DNA from: Mobula hypostoma
Taxonomy: Eukaryota
Assembly: GCF_963921235.1 (NCBI RefSeq)
Contig: NC_086108.1
Span: forward strand, 20,956,001 to 21,020,000
Direction: 5' to 3'
Length of the DNA: 64,000 nt
How positions within the stretch are numbered: the first letter of the stretch is position 1; the number at the start of each line of letters is the position of its first letter. The position numbers and the translations under genes are program-made. Below, in pieces: positions 46,693-58,404 of the stretch. Under the pieces are notes generated by a model. That model did no database searches. It was not told the origin of the DNA and saw only the letters and a program-made list of their open reading frames with translations.

Positions 46693-47559
46693 ATACCCAA
46701 TGATAGCCTCCACAGCCATCCATGGCAATGAATTCCACAGATTCACCACCATCTGGCTAAAGAAACTCCTCCTCATCTCTGTTCTAAATGGACGTACCCC
46801 TATGCTGAAGCTGTTCCCTTTGGTCTTAGACCTACGCAATATAGGAAATTTCTTCTGAACTCCAGTGAGTACAAGCGCAGAGCCATTCTCGTGAACCTCT
46901 TCTGGTCCCTCTCCAGTGCCAGCACATCTCTTCTTAGATAAAGAGCCCAAAGCTACTCAATACTCCATGCAATCTGACCAATGCCTCGTAAAGCCTTAGC
47001 ATCACATCCTTGCTCTTATATTCTAGTCCACTCAAAATGAATGCTAACATTGCACTTGCACTCGCACTCCTTCTACAATTTGCAAGTTAACCTTAAGAAA
47101 ATCCTGCACAGGACTCCCAAGTTCCTTTCTACCCCTGATTTTTTAATTTTCTGCCCCTTTCAAATATAGTCTACATCTTTATTTCTTCTTCTAAAGTGCA
47201 TGACCATACACTTCCCTACACTACATTCCATCTGCCACTTCTTTGCCCATTCTCTCAATCTGTCCAAATCCTTCTGCAGACTACTTGCTTCTTCAACACT
47301 ACCTGCCCCTCCACATATTTTTGTATTATTTTCAAAGTCGGCAACAAAGCCATCAAATCCTTCATCAAAATCATTGACATGTAATGTGAAAAGAAGTGGT
47401 CCCAAAATCAACCCCTCTGGAGCACCACTAGTAGCCAGTAGTAACCAGCAGGCAACCAGAAAAGGTTCCCTTTATTCCAATTCTTTGCGTCCTGCCAGTC
47501 AGCCAGCCAGTCTTTTATCCATGCTAGTAGCTTTCCTGTAATACCAAAAGCTTTGTTAA

Positions 47560-47822
47560 TTAGAATTAGAATTAGAGCTTTATTTCTTACATCCCTCTCA
47601 CTATGTATAAGCAATAAGGAAAGGAAATGTGGGGGGGGGGGAATATTGCCCAAACACTAAGATTGTATACATGATTGCTTTGTATACATGTACAGTCAGA
47701 TACACAATCAGATCAATGTATATAAATAAACCTGATGCCCTGGTTTGTCCCATACCCCTTCGGACCTGGCCTTAATGCTGCGGTACCATTTGCCAGATGG
47801 AAGCAGCTTGTGGTTGGGGTGG
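47560..47822 (-). mobile_element. Rex1-like LINE 3' fragment, split by the Gypsy (resumes 54693-~54752)
   Basis: (attaga)n tail; LLPSGKWYRSIKARSEG remnant; flanks share the Gypsy TSD. Confidence 0.7.
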
Positions 47823-48696
47823 TGTTATGTGTCCACAGTTTCGTTTTCCTGGGAGTCCACAGTTTGTTTACTGTGGGCGTCACGTGTCCCCAGTTTCGTT
47901 TTACTTTGAGTCCACGGTTTTGTTTTTGTGAGCATTACCTTATGACGTATGCTGACGGTACAAAAGAAATGTGAACAATGCTGAGAGACAGCCAAAGGAG
48001 TCGAAGGAAAGAGAGAGAGTGAAGATCGCAGACTTCCTATCCAGGAACAGCTCACGATCAAGAAGGGTAAAGTCTAATGCTCACCCAAACCCAAAGGATT
48101 GGGTTAATCAGTGGCACACTGTGCATTGTGGAGACGTGTCTGTCCTTCATATGATCCATGGGTGTGTATTTCGTGACAGTCACTTTGTGAAATCGCTCTT
48201 CATGGACTTCGGAACAGTATCTCTCAGCTGGGATCTTCGGTAACCGTTTCTTCATTCGTTAGCCGTGGAATCTTTGGAACTCATCATGATCGCCTCGTCA
48301 TTGCATTGTGAATCCACAAGTCTCTCCTCTCACCTATTTTGTGAATTACTGGGACTCTCTGAACTGCCATGTTACGACTGTGCTTGAGTAAGATTTGTTA
48401 AGAACGGGTTCTAAGTTTGACTGTAAGGGAGGAATAGACGTATTACACTTAACTTCTCTTTAAGAAAGTAGTTTACTTAATTTCCTATATTTTTGAGTAG
48501 ATGTAAATAAATATAGTGGTTTTAACATTAAAACACGACTGAATTTGTCAACTCTTCCTGCTGGTACGTTACGAAATCGTAACAAATTCGGGGCTCGTCC
48601 GTGAAATGAACAAAATTGGAGCTTATTGATTGATTATCCATCTCATTGGCTACTACGCTTCAGATTGACTTGTGTGGGGAAAGCAGCAATGGATAT

Positions 48697-48908
48697 TCAA
48701 ACAACAGGAATTCTGCAGATGCTGGAAATTCAAGCAACACACATCAAAGTTGCTGGTGAACGCAGCAGGCCAGGCAGCATCTCTAGGAAGAGGTACAGTC
48801 GACATTTCAGACCGAGACCTTCGTCAGGACTAACTGAAAGAAAGCCTGCTGCATTCCACCAGCATTTTGTGTCTGTTGCTTGAATTTCCAGCATCTGCAG
48901 ATTTCCTC
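48697..48908. mobile_element. Penelope pLTR derivative with inverted tails, inserted at the start of Gypsy gag
   Basis: ggaattctgcagatgctggaaattcaagcaac ... gttgcttgaatttccagcatctgcagatttcc inverted ends. Confidence 0.85.
48797..48831 (-). ncRNA. Minimal hammerhead ribozyme motif with intact stem I
   Basis: Minus strand reads AGTC CTGACGA aggtctcggtct GAAAT GTC GACT; stem I is AGTC/GACT. Confidence 0.65.
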
Positions 48909-49411
48909 GAGATTCAGAGAGTAATAGCTGAACACTACATAGATAAGAAGGAATTTGAGGAGGAGGTATTAGAGAGGTTTCCTGAAATTAAACTTGAGAC
49001 CCAGTTACAACTGGAACAAATGAAGTTAGAGAGATTTAAATTAGAGGCTGGGGAAAGAGAAAGAGACAAACAAAGGCAGTTTGAGATAGAGATGGAGCGG
49101 TTAAGGATCAAGAGGCAAACTTCCGGCTCTAGGGAGCTGGCTGTACCATTTGTGAGCAGTCAGGAAGTTAAACTGGTCCCTCCATTTGATAAGGCTGAGG
49201 TTGATAAATACTTCCAGCATTTTGAGAAAGTTGCTCAGAGCCTAAAGTGGCCAAAAGAAAGTTGGCCTCTCTTGTTACAGTGTGTATTTAAGGGTAAGGC
49301 TCAGCCGGCTTATTCTGCCCTATCAATTGGAGATGCAGCTAATTATGAGATCGTGAAACGGGCTGTTCTTAAAGCCTATGAATTGGTTCCAGAGGCCTAT
49401 AAGCAAATATT

Positions 49412-50159
49412 CAAGTCCAGTCAAGTCAAGTCAAGACACTTTTTATTGTCATTTCGACCATAACTGCTGGTACAGTGAAAACGAGACAACGTTTTACAGG
49501 ACCATGGTGCCACATGAAACAATACAAAAACTACACTGAACTATGTACAACAACACAAAAACTACACTAGACTACAGACCTACCTAGGACTACATAAAGT
49601 GCACAAAACAGTGCAGGTATTACAATACATAATAAGCAAGACAATAGGCACAGTACCGGGCAGTAGGTTGTTGTCAGTCCAGATTCTGGGTATTGAGGAG
49701 TCTGATGGCTTGGGGGAAGAAACTGTTACATAGTCTGGTCGTGAGAGCCCAAATGCTTCGGTGCCTTTTGCCAGATGGCAGGAGGGAGAAGAGTTTGTAT
49801 GAGGGGTGCATGGGGTCCTTCATAATGCTGTTTGCTTTGCAGATGCAGCGTGTGGTGTAAATGTCTGTAACGGCGGGAAGACAGACCTCGATGATCTTCT
49901 CAGCTGACCTCACTATCCGCTGCAAGGTCTTGCGATCTGAGATGGTGCAATTTCCGAACCAGGCAGTGATGCAGCTGCTCAGGATGCTCTCAAATCAACC
50001 TCTGTAGTATGTGGTGAGGATGGGGGGTAGGAGATGGACTTTTCTCAACCTTCGCAGAAAGCAGACATGCTGCTGGGCTTTTTTTGCTATGGAGCTGGTG
50101 TTGAGGGACCAGGTGAGATTCTCCAGCAGGTGAACACCAAGAAATTTGGTGCTCTTAAC
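49412..50159 (-). mobile_element. Rex1/Babar LINE 3' part inside the Gypsy
   Basis: QRIVRSAEKII..KDPMHPSYKLFSLLPSGKR..FFPQAIRLLN; (cttga)n tail. Confidence 0.88.
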
Positions 50160-50900
50160 CAGGGGTCCCCAACCTTTTTTGCATTGTGGACCAGTTTAAT
50201 ATTGATAATATTCTTGCGGACCGGCCGACCCAGGGGTGCGGGGGTAGGGTAGCCAACAGACAGGAGTAGCAGTCAAATACGTTGGATTAACCCCTAGAAA
50301 GACTACAATGACCATGAATCCCTGAGCGGGCACCAGTGTGCATGCGTTACCTGCCGATTCCCCCCCCCCCCCCCCACCGCCCCTCACAAATCTTTTTCAG
50401 TGATTCTGTTCGGGGGGTGTTAATCACAAACGCAATATAGGTGGTAAGTGGCTAATACACTCAATTTCATTTCTAAAAGGGGTTATCTAACGAACTTAAT
50501 ATTAAACACACAGCGCATATTTTCCTCGCATGAATATAGTGATAAGTCAATTATCAGCGGAGCTTGAAGTAAGTGTTGAACGAACTTCTAGTAGAAGTGG
50601 CAGAGGCAGGTTCGATATTATTCTTTAAAGGAAAATTGGATAGGTATATGGACAGGAAAGGATCGGAGGGTTATGGGCTGAGTGCAGATCGGTGGGACGA
50701 GGTGAGAGTAGCGTTCAGCACGGACTAGAAGGGCAGAGATGGCCCGTTTCCGTGCTGTAATTGTTATATGGTTATATAAGTCAATACATCATAACATTTT
50801 AAGTAACATTTTGATATTAAACACACCGCACATATTTTCCCCGTATGAACATATAAAATTGTTGCAACACACCAATATCGCTGAATCAGTGGAAGCCCTG
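50160..50900. mobile_element. Charlie/MER1-like hAT MITE, one end missing, carrying a CR1 3' fragment (~50570-50775)
   Basis: Starts caggggtccccaacc; shares ~190 bp with the right end of 9810-10554; aatcagtggaagccctg MER1-like motif. Confidence 0.75.
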
Positions 50901-50904
50901 GGCC

Positions 50905-51553
50905 CACCAGCGCCTTTACTTCCTGAAAAAAATTAAAGAAATTTGGCCTGTCCCCTAAAACCCTCACTCATTTTTATAGATGCACCGTGGAAAGCATTCT
51001 TCTAGGGTGCATCACAACCTGGTATGGAAGTTGTCCTGTCCAAGACAGAAAGAAGCTGCAGAAGATTGTGAACACGGCGCAGCACATCACACAAACCAAT
51101 CTTCTGTCCTTGGACTCACTTTACACCGCACGCTGTCCCAGCAGTGCTGCCAGGATAATCAAGGACACGACCCACCCAGCCAACACACTTTTCGTCCCTC
51201 TTCCCTCCGGGAGAAGGCTCAGGAGCTTGAAGACTCGTACAGTCAGATTTGGGAACAGCTTCTTTCCAACTGTGATAAGACTGCTGAACGGATCCTGACC
51301 CGGATCTGGGCCATACCCTCCAAATATCCGGACCTGCCTCTCAGTTTTTTTGCACTATCTTACTTTCCATTTTTCTATTTTCTATTTGTAAATTATAATT
51401 TGTTTTTAACATTTACTAATTTTTACTATTTTTAATAATTTTAATACTTAATATTTGTAATCCAGGGAGCAGAAAGCTCAGAATCAAATATCGCTGTGAT
51501 GACTGTATGTTCTATTATCGATTCTTTGGCAACAGTAAAGTATAAAGTATTAA
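50905..51553 (+). mobile_element. Rex1/Babar LINE 3' part inside the Gypsy
   Basis: ESILLGCITTWYGSC..IIKDTTHPANTLFVPLPSGRR..FFPTVIRLLN; (taaagta) tail. Confidence 0.88.
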
Positions 51554-54500
51554 GTTTATTTGGTTTTTTCAGGCAAACCAAACTTTATTTGGTTTGCCTA
51601 AAGAAATTCAGTCTGATCAAAGGAGTAATTTTATGTCAGGATTTTTCCAGAAGGTAGTTTACAAATTGGCAGCCAAACAGATTACGTCATTTGCGTATCG
51701 TCCAGATTCTCAAGGGGCCTTAGAGAGATTCCATTCTACCCTCAAAACCATGATTAGGACATTCTGTATTGAAAATGAGAAGGATTGAGATGAGGCAGTT
51801 CATTTGCTTTTATTTGCAGTAAGGAGTCAGTACAAGAGTCCTTAGGCTTTAGTCCCTTTGAACTTGTGCTTGGTCACCAGGTCAGAGGACATTTGGCATT
51901 GTTAAAGGAACAGTGGGTTAACAATGAGCTGCATGTTAATTAGCTAGATTATGTTTTGAAATTCAAGGACAAATTGCAAAGGGCTTGCAACCTAGCAAAG
52001 GAGAATTTAAAATCAGCCCAGGAAAGAATGAAAACTTGGGATGATAAACAAGCCAGAATGGGGTCATTCAAGCCAGAAGATAAAGTGCTTGTTTTGTTTC
52101 CTGTGCAAACAAACCCTCTACAAGCTAAGCATCATGGTCCCTATGAAATTGTGGCTGAAGTTAGTGATGTGGACTATGTAGTCAAAACACCAGATAGACA
52201 AAGGCCAACGCAGCTTTGTCACGTAAATATGCTTAAGCTGTATCATGAAAAACAAACTACAGCTGTGGCGGTTGCTGTAAACAAAGATGGATGTAAGCTC
52301 TCTGGAAATTTATTTGCTGATCCATCTGAGACCTATTTTAAACCGAACGTTATTTCGGCCAGATTGACAAATTCGACTATTTTGGAAAATATTGATGAGA
52401 AACTGGCTCATTTACAGCCACAACAGCGGCAGCAGATGAAGCAGTTAATTATGAAATTTAAGGATTTATTTTCTGATATCCCAAGAAGAACCACAGTGGC
52501 CTTACATGATGTAGATGTGGGTAATAACAAACCTATAAAACAACGTCCATACCGTATGAATAATGAAGAATGTAAACTTGCTGAACAAGAAATTAGGTAC
52601 ATGTTAAAAAAAATGATATTATTAGACCTTCTACTTTGGATCGGAGTTCAAACCTTGTGTCATGGTACCTAAACCTGATGGTAGTATCAGATTCTGCACT
52701 GATTACCGAAAGGTGAATGTTGTAACAAAAACAGATGCTTATCCAATCCCTAGAGTGGATGATTGTGTAGACAAGGTTGGAAAAGCTAAGTTTCTTACAA
52801 AGATTGATCTGTTAAAAGGATATTAGTGTGTTCCATTAACCGATAGAGGTAGAGAAATTTCTGCCTTTGTGACGCCTTCTGGGTTGTATGAATACAACGT
52901 TCTGCCATATGGAATGAAAAATACTCCGGCAACATTCCAGAGAATGATTAATTCCGTAATTCAAGGGTTAGAACACACAGATGCCTAGATTGATGATTTA
53001 GTCACAGAGAATGACACCTGGGAAATCCATATCTCTGCAGTGGAAAAACTGTTTGAAAAGCTATCAAAAGCCAACCTTACAATTAACCTAGCTAAGAATT
53101 TGGCCATGCCACTGTGACCTATCTTGGTTAGGTTGTAGGTCAAGGCAGGTTGGCTCCTGTTCAGGCAATTTCTGAGGTTCCTATTTCAACCAGGTAAAGG
53201 GCTCTTAGAAGATTTCTGGGAAAGGCCGGATATTATCCCAAGTTCTATAAGAACTTTGCTGATATTGTTCTCCCATTGACTAACCTCCTGAAGAAGGGTG
53301 AAAAGTTTGTTTGGACAGAACCTTGTCAGGAGGCATTTGATAAATTGAAAGCAATCTTATGTCACCAACCTGTGCTTAGGTCACCTGATTTTGCCAAGCT
53401 CTGGATGCCAGTGATGAAGCTGCAGGAGCAGTGTTACTACAAAGGGATGATTATGATGATGTTGTCCATCCTGTGGCTTACTTTTCAAAAAAATTCAATG
53501 AGCATCAAAGAAATTATTCCACCATAGGGAAGGAATTATCATCATTTATCTTGGCTTTGCAGCATTTTGATGTGTATGTTTGCACAGCTCAGAAGCCACT
53601 TGTGGTTTATACAGATCATTGGTGTTCTTGAGTAAGCTGAAAAACAAAAATAGAAGGCTGCTGAATTGGAGTTTGATTTTGCAAGAGTATGATCTCACGA
53701 TAACTCACATTAGAGGCAAAGATAATGTAATAGCTGATTGTCTTTCCGGTTGTTAAACTTGCAATGTAATTTTAATAATGGAGTGACATTTAATATTTGT
53801 ATATGCTCCTGCAATATGTTGTATTAGTTTGTAGTGTGCTGTATGATAACTGCATATATATTGTTCCACATATTGTAGATTGTAGTTAAAATTCTGCTCT
53901 TACATATCAAAATTTTCTCTCCTTCGGGGGAGGTGTTAGATGTCCATAGTTTCATTTTCCTGGGAGTCCATAGTTTCATTTACTGTGGGCGTCACATGTC
54001 CCCAGTTTTGTTTTACTTTGAGTCTACAGTTTCGTTTCTGTGAGCATTACCTTATGACGTATGCCGACGGTATAAAAGAAATGTGGACAGTGCCGAGAGG
54101 CAGTCAAAGGAAAGAGAGAGAGAGTGAAAATCGCAGGCTTCGAGCTATCCGGGAACAGCTCACAATCGAGAAGGGTAAAGTCTAATGCTTACCCAAACCC
54201 AAAGGATTGGGTTAACCAGCAGCACTCTGTGCTTTCTGGGAACATCTGTCCTTCGTATGATCCATGGGTGTGGATTTCATGACAGTCACTTTGTGAAATC
54301 GCTCTTCGTGGACTTCAGAACAGTATCCCTCGACTGGTATCTTCAGTAACCCTTTCTTTGTTCACTAGCCATGGAATCTTTGGAATTTGTCGTGATCGCC
54401 TCGTCGCTGCACTGTGAATCCACAAGTCTCTCCTCTCACTTACTTTGTGAATTACTGGGACTCTCTGAACTGCCACATTACGACTGTGCTTGAGTAAGAT

Positions 54501-55185
54501 TTGTTAAGAACGGATTCTAAGTTTGACTGTAAGGGAGTTATAGACATATAACACTGTTAACTTCTGTTTAAGAAAATAGTTTATCTAATTTCCTAAGTTT
54601 TTGAGTAGATGTAAATAAATATAGTGGTTTTAATATTAAAACCCGACTCAATTTGTCATCTCTTGCTGCTGGTATGTTACGAATTCGTAACAGTGGCTAC
54701 AGTCCCCGATGATGCTCCAGGAATGTTTTACACACCTGCTTCTGTAAATGTCCTGAGCAGCACGTTGTGAAAGGCCTTCTGAAACTCCAAGTAAACAACA
54801 TCCACTGACTCTCCTTTATCTATCCTGCCTGTTACTTCCTCAAAGGATTCCAACAAATTTGTAAAGCAAGGCTTTTCCTTAAGGAAACTATGCTGACTTT
54901 GGCCTACTTTATCATGTGCCTCCAAGTACCCCAAAAACGTCATCCTTAACAAACAACTCCAACATCTTCCCAATCACTGAGGTCAGGCTAACTGGCCTAT
55001 GATTTGCTTTCTTCTGCCTCTCTCTCTTCTTGAGGAGTGGAGTGGCATTTACAAGTTTCCAGTCCTCCAGAACCATTCCACATCTAATGATTCTTTAAAA
55101 ATTATTACATTTGCCTCCACAATCTCTTCAGCTACCTACTTCAGAATCCTGGTGTGTAGCCCATCTTGTTCACATGACTTATCTA

Positions 55186-55587
55186 GAGTACATGCAAAAG
55201 TTTTGGGCACCATATATTAATTATATGGTTCAGATGATATGGGCTCCACAGAACCCTGATCTCAACATCGAGGCTCTCTGGGATTACCTGAAGAGACGGA
55301 AGCAAGCGAGACAGCAAACGTCTGCAGAAGAATTGTAGCAAGTTCTCCAAGAGGCTTGGACCAACCAATTTTCTTATAAAACTGCACAATAGTACCCAAG
55401 AGAATTGGTGCAGTTTTAAAGGAAAAAGGTGGTCACATCAAATGTTGATTTGATTTTTTTTTTTACTGCTTACTGCTTTTTAGGGTAATTTTCTTGATAT
55501 TTAGAAACCTCTCATTTCATTATTTTGTAAAGCATCTTCACTTTACAGAATCTCTTTACATACGCCCAAGGCTTTTGCACAGTACTG
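55186..55587 (+). mobile_element. Internally deleted Tc1-like transposon
   Basis: TIRs gagtacatgcaaaagttttgggc / gcccaaggcttttgcacagtactg; TA TSD; WAPQNPDLNIEALW (SPDLNPIE motif). Confidence 0.88.
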
Positions 55588-57524
55588 TACCTTCAGACCT
55601 TCAATACCTTCACAAGCACCTTCCCCTTAGTAATAGAAACTACACCCACTTCTGGACCATGACACCATGACACTTCTGAATTTCTGTTGTACTGTTAATG
55701 GCTTCCACAGTAAGACAGACACAAAATATTTATTTTTATCTGCCATTTCTGTTGCCTACTGTTGGTTTTTAAAAGCAACCCAATCCTCTAAGTTCTCCCT
55801 AATTTTGCTATATTATATGTCCTCTCTTTTCCTTTTATGCTGTCTTTAACTTCTAATGTCAGCCACGGTTATGTCATCTCCCTTCAGAATACTACTACTT
55901 CTAAGGAATGTACTGTATCTATCCTGCGCCTTCCAAATTGCCCCCATAAATTCTAGCCATCCTGAATAGTGTCCCCTTCCAATCAACTTTGGCCACCTCT
56001 CCTCTCATGCCTCTGTAATTCATTTTATGCCACTCTAATACTTAAGCATCTAACATTATCTTCACCCTCTCACACTGCACAGTAAATTCCATCATATTAT
56101 GATCATTGTCTCCTAAGGGTTCCTTTACCTTGCAAACTGCTTGATCAAACCTAGTTCATTGCACAACACCCAATCCAGTATTTCCTTTCCCCTGTTGGGC
56201 TCAACCACAAATTGCTCAAAAAAGCCATCTTGCAGCCATTCTACAAATACTCTCTCTTGGGATCCAGCACCAAACTGATTTTCCCCAATCTACCTGCATA
56301 CTGAAATCCCCAATGACTATCGTAACATTGCCCTTATTACATGCCTTTTCTATTTCCCATTTTAATTTATACCCCACATCCTGGCTACTATTCAGAGACC
56401 TGTGCACAACTCCCATCAGGGTCTTTTTACCCTTGCAGTTTCTTAACTCTATCCACAAGGACCTTATGATCCTAAGCCTTCCTAAGGACTTGACTTCATT
56501 TTTTCCCAACAAACCCATTCCACCCACTCTGCCTACCTGTCTATCCTTTCGGTACAAAGTATATCCTTGGACGTTAAGTTTACAACTATGACCTTCTTCA
56601 AGCCACAACTCAGTGATGTCCAGAACACCATATCTGCCCACAAGAATATTTGTCTTGCTTGGGTTCAGATGTAACCCGACTTTTTGTACAGGTCATACAG
56701 TACCTTCCTCAGAAAAGATCTCAATGATCCAGAAACCTGAAACCCTGCAACACTCTCTCAGCCATTCATTCATCTGCACTATCATCCTATTCCTGCCCTG
56801 ACTAGAACATGGTACTGGCAGTAATCCAGAGATTACTACCTCGGAGGTCCAGCATTTCAGCCTCTTCCCAACTCCCTATACTCTCTGTGCTGGACCTCTT
56901 CCACCTTTCTACCTTTGTCATTGGTGCCAGTGTGTACCATGACTTCTGCTTGCTTACCCTCTGTCTTGAGAATCTTCTGTAGCCACTCTGAGACACCCAG
57001 GCCCCAGCATCTGGGAGGTAATACACCATCTTCACATCTCTTTCACAGCCACTGAATCTCCTGACCATCCCCCTAACTAAAAAGTCTATCACTATCATTC
57101 TACCCTTCCCTGCTAAGCCTCAGAGCTAGCTACAGTGCTCCTAGCCTGGCTGCTGCTGCTGCATTCTGATAGGTCACTTTCCCCCAACGGTACCCAAAGG
57201 GGTATACCAAGGGGAATGGCCACAGGGGAACACTGCACTGACTGCTTACACCCCTTATTTTTCTGATGGTCACCCGTATATTATCTGAAACTTACACTCT
57301 GGGTGTAATCACCTCAGTAAAAGTCTCATCTATAAGGTTTTCAGCTCCCAGATGATCCTGAGTACATCCAGTTCCTGTTCCTTGTCTGTCAGGGGCTGAA
57401 GTTGGGTGCACTTCCTGCAGATGAAGTCATCAGGGAGACAATTAGGTATCTTGAAATCCCAATTCTCACAGGAGGAGCATTCCACTGCATTAACTACCAT
57501 CCTGCCTACATTTGTTACACAGTA

Positions 57525-58058
57525 GAGCTACTGGGACTTGATGTTTCAATCCCTATGGTAAGTTGGCACTCTCGATGTTGGCAGTGGGTTTGGAGTGGTG
57601 ACAAGGAGAGAGGGTAGGTACGTCATCGGGGTCATAAGGTGGGCACCCTCCTTCTTTGACGTTTCATTGATAAGCCCACGACGTCTCCAGAGGGCTCAAC
57701 GGTGCTATCTGGCGTCCCAGATACACCCCCCATCAGTTCCATACCCTCCTGTCTTCATCTTGAAGCCCAGTTGTTGTCTTTCCTTTTAATCCAAATTCAA
57801 TTGCTGCTTTCTTCTGCTGCATTTGACAAGGACTTGACTGCTTGTTGGAGGGAGTGACCCCTCACCCCCATCTTCTTCAATAGACTGGTTTTGTGATGTA
57901 GCAACGAATCCCCTGCATCCCACTTCTACAGGGAAAATCTTGGTCTTCCAGTCATTCCGGGCAGCTACAGTTGCCAGTTCAGAGTACTTGGTCTTTTTCC
58001 TCTCATAAGCTTCTTCGACACCACCTTCCCATGGTACTGTCAATTCCACAACATATAC
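57525..58058 (-). mobile_element. HERO/R2-group non-LTR retrotransposon 3' fragment (restriction-like endonuclease)
   Basis: VELTVPWEGGVEEAYERKKTKYSEL..WKTKIFPVEVGCRGFV. Confidence 0.8.
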
Positions 58059-58404
58059 CAGCATAATAAGCACAAGTGTAAGAACAGCTGGTGATAAGAT
58101 ACTGTTGCAGTAACTGTGCACCTGGCCATTGGACTCATCAAATTTATCAGCAGAGTCATAAAATATCCATTCCTCAGCTTTAAATAACAGTGAATCTCTT
58201 CATTTCCACATGGCCAACAGCCCAGTGGATGATGGTAATCAGCCCTTTTTCAGAACACTTTGAATACCATCTGCCCTCCTCACCTTCCTTCCCTGATTCC
58301 ATGCTCCACCTTCCACTCAGATCAGATTCCAGTGTCTTTGTCCCTTTGGTACCTCCAATTTTCACCTCATAGCTTGTCACTGTTTCCATTCTCCCCTTCC
58401 CCAG

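Larger units (their letters stand above)
47823..54692 (+). mobile_element. Gmr1-like Ty3/Gypsy LTR retrotransposon (gag-[deleted]-IN-RT-RH), decayed
   Basis: LTRs 47823-48584 and 53934-54692 (TG..CA); TSD gtgg; tRNA-Pro-like PBS ttcggggctcgtcc; PPT gggggagg. gag KLVPPF..YFQHFEKVA..LKAYELVPEAY; IN PKEIQSDQRSNF..QGALERFHSTLK..GPYEI (51590-52250) precedes RT (PIKQRPYR, RFCTDYRKVN) and RNase H (HPVAYFSKK..YSTIGKE..VYTDH). Confidence 0.93.
46325..57485 (-). mobile_element. Near-full-length decayed CR1 (ORF1 Zn-finger + esterase, EN, RT, 3' end); pieces ~54737-57485 and ~46325-47555, heavily nested
   Basis: ORF1 ECSSC..DDFICRKC (~57410-57485) and esterase-like IVIDFLVRG..YLP (56802-57098); EN ITELWL..YRKDR..IVIGDF; RT DVVYLEFQKAF, LGPLLFTLHVNDFDEG. 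Confidence 0.82.
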
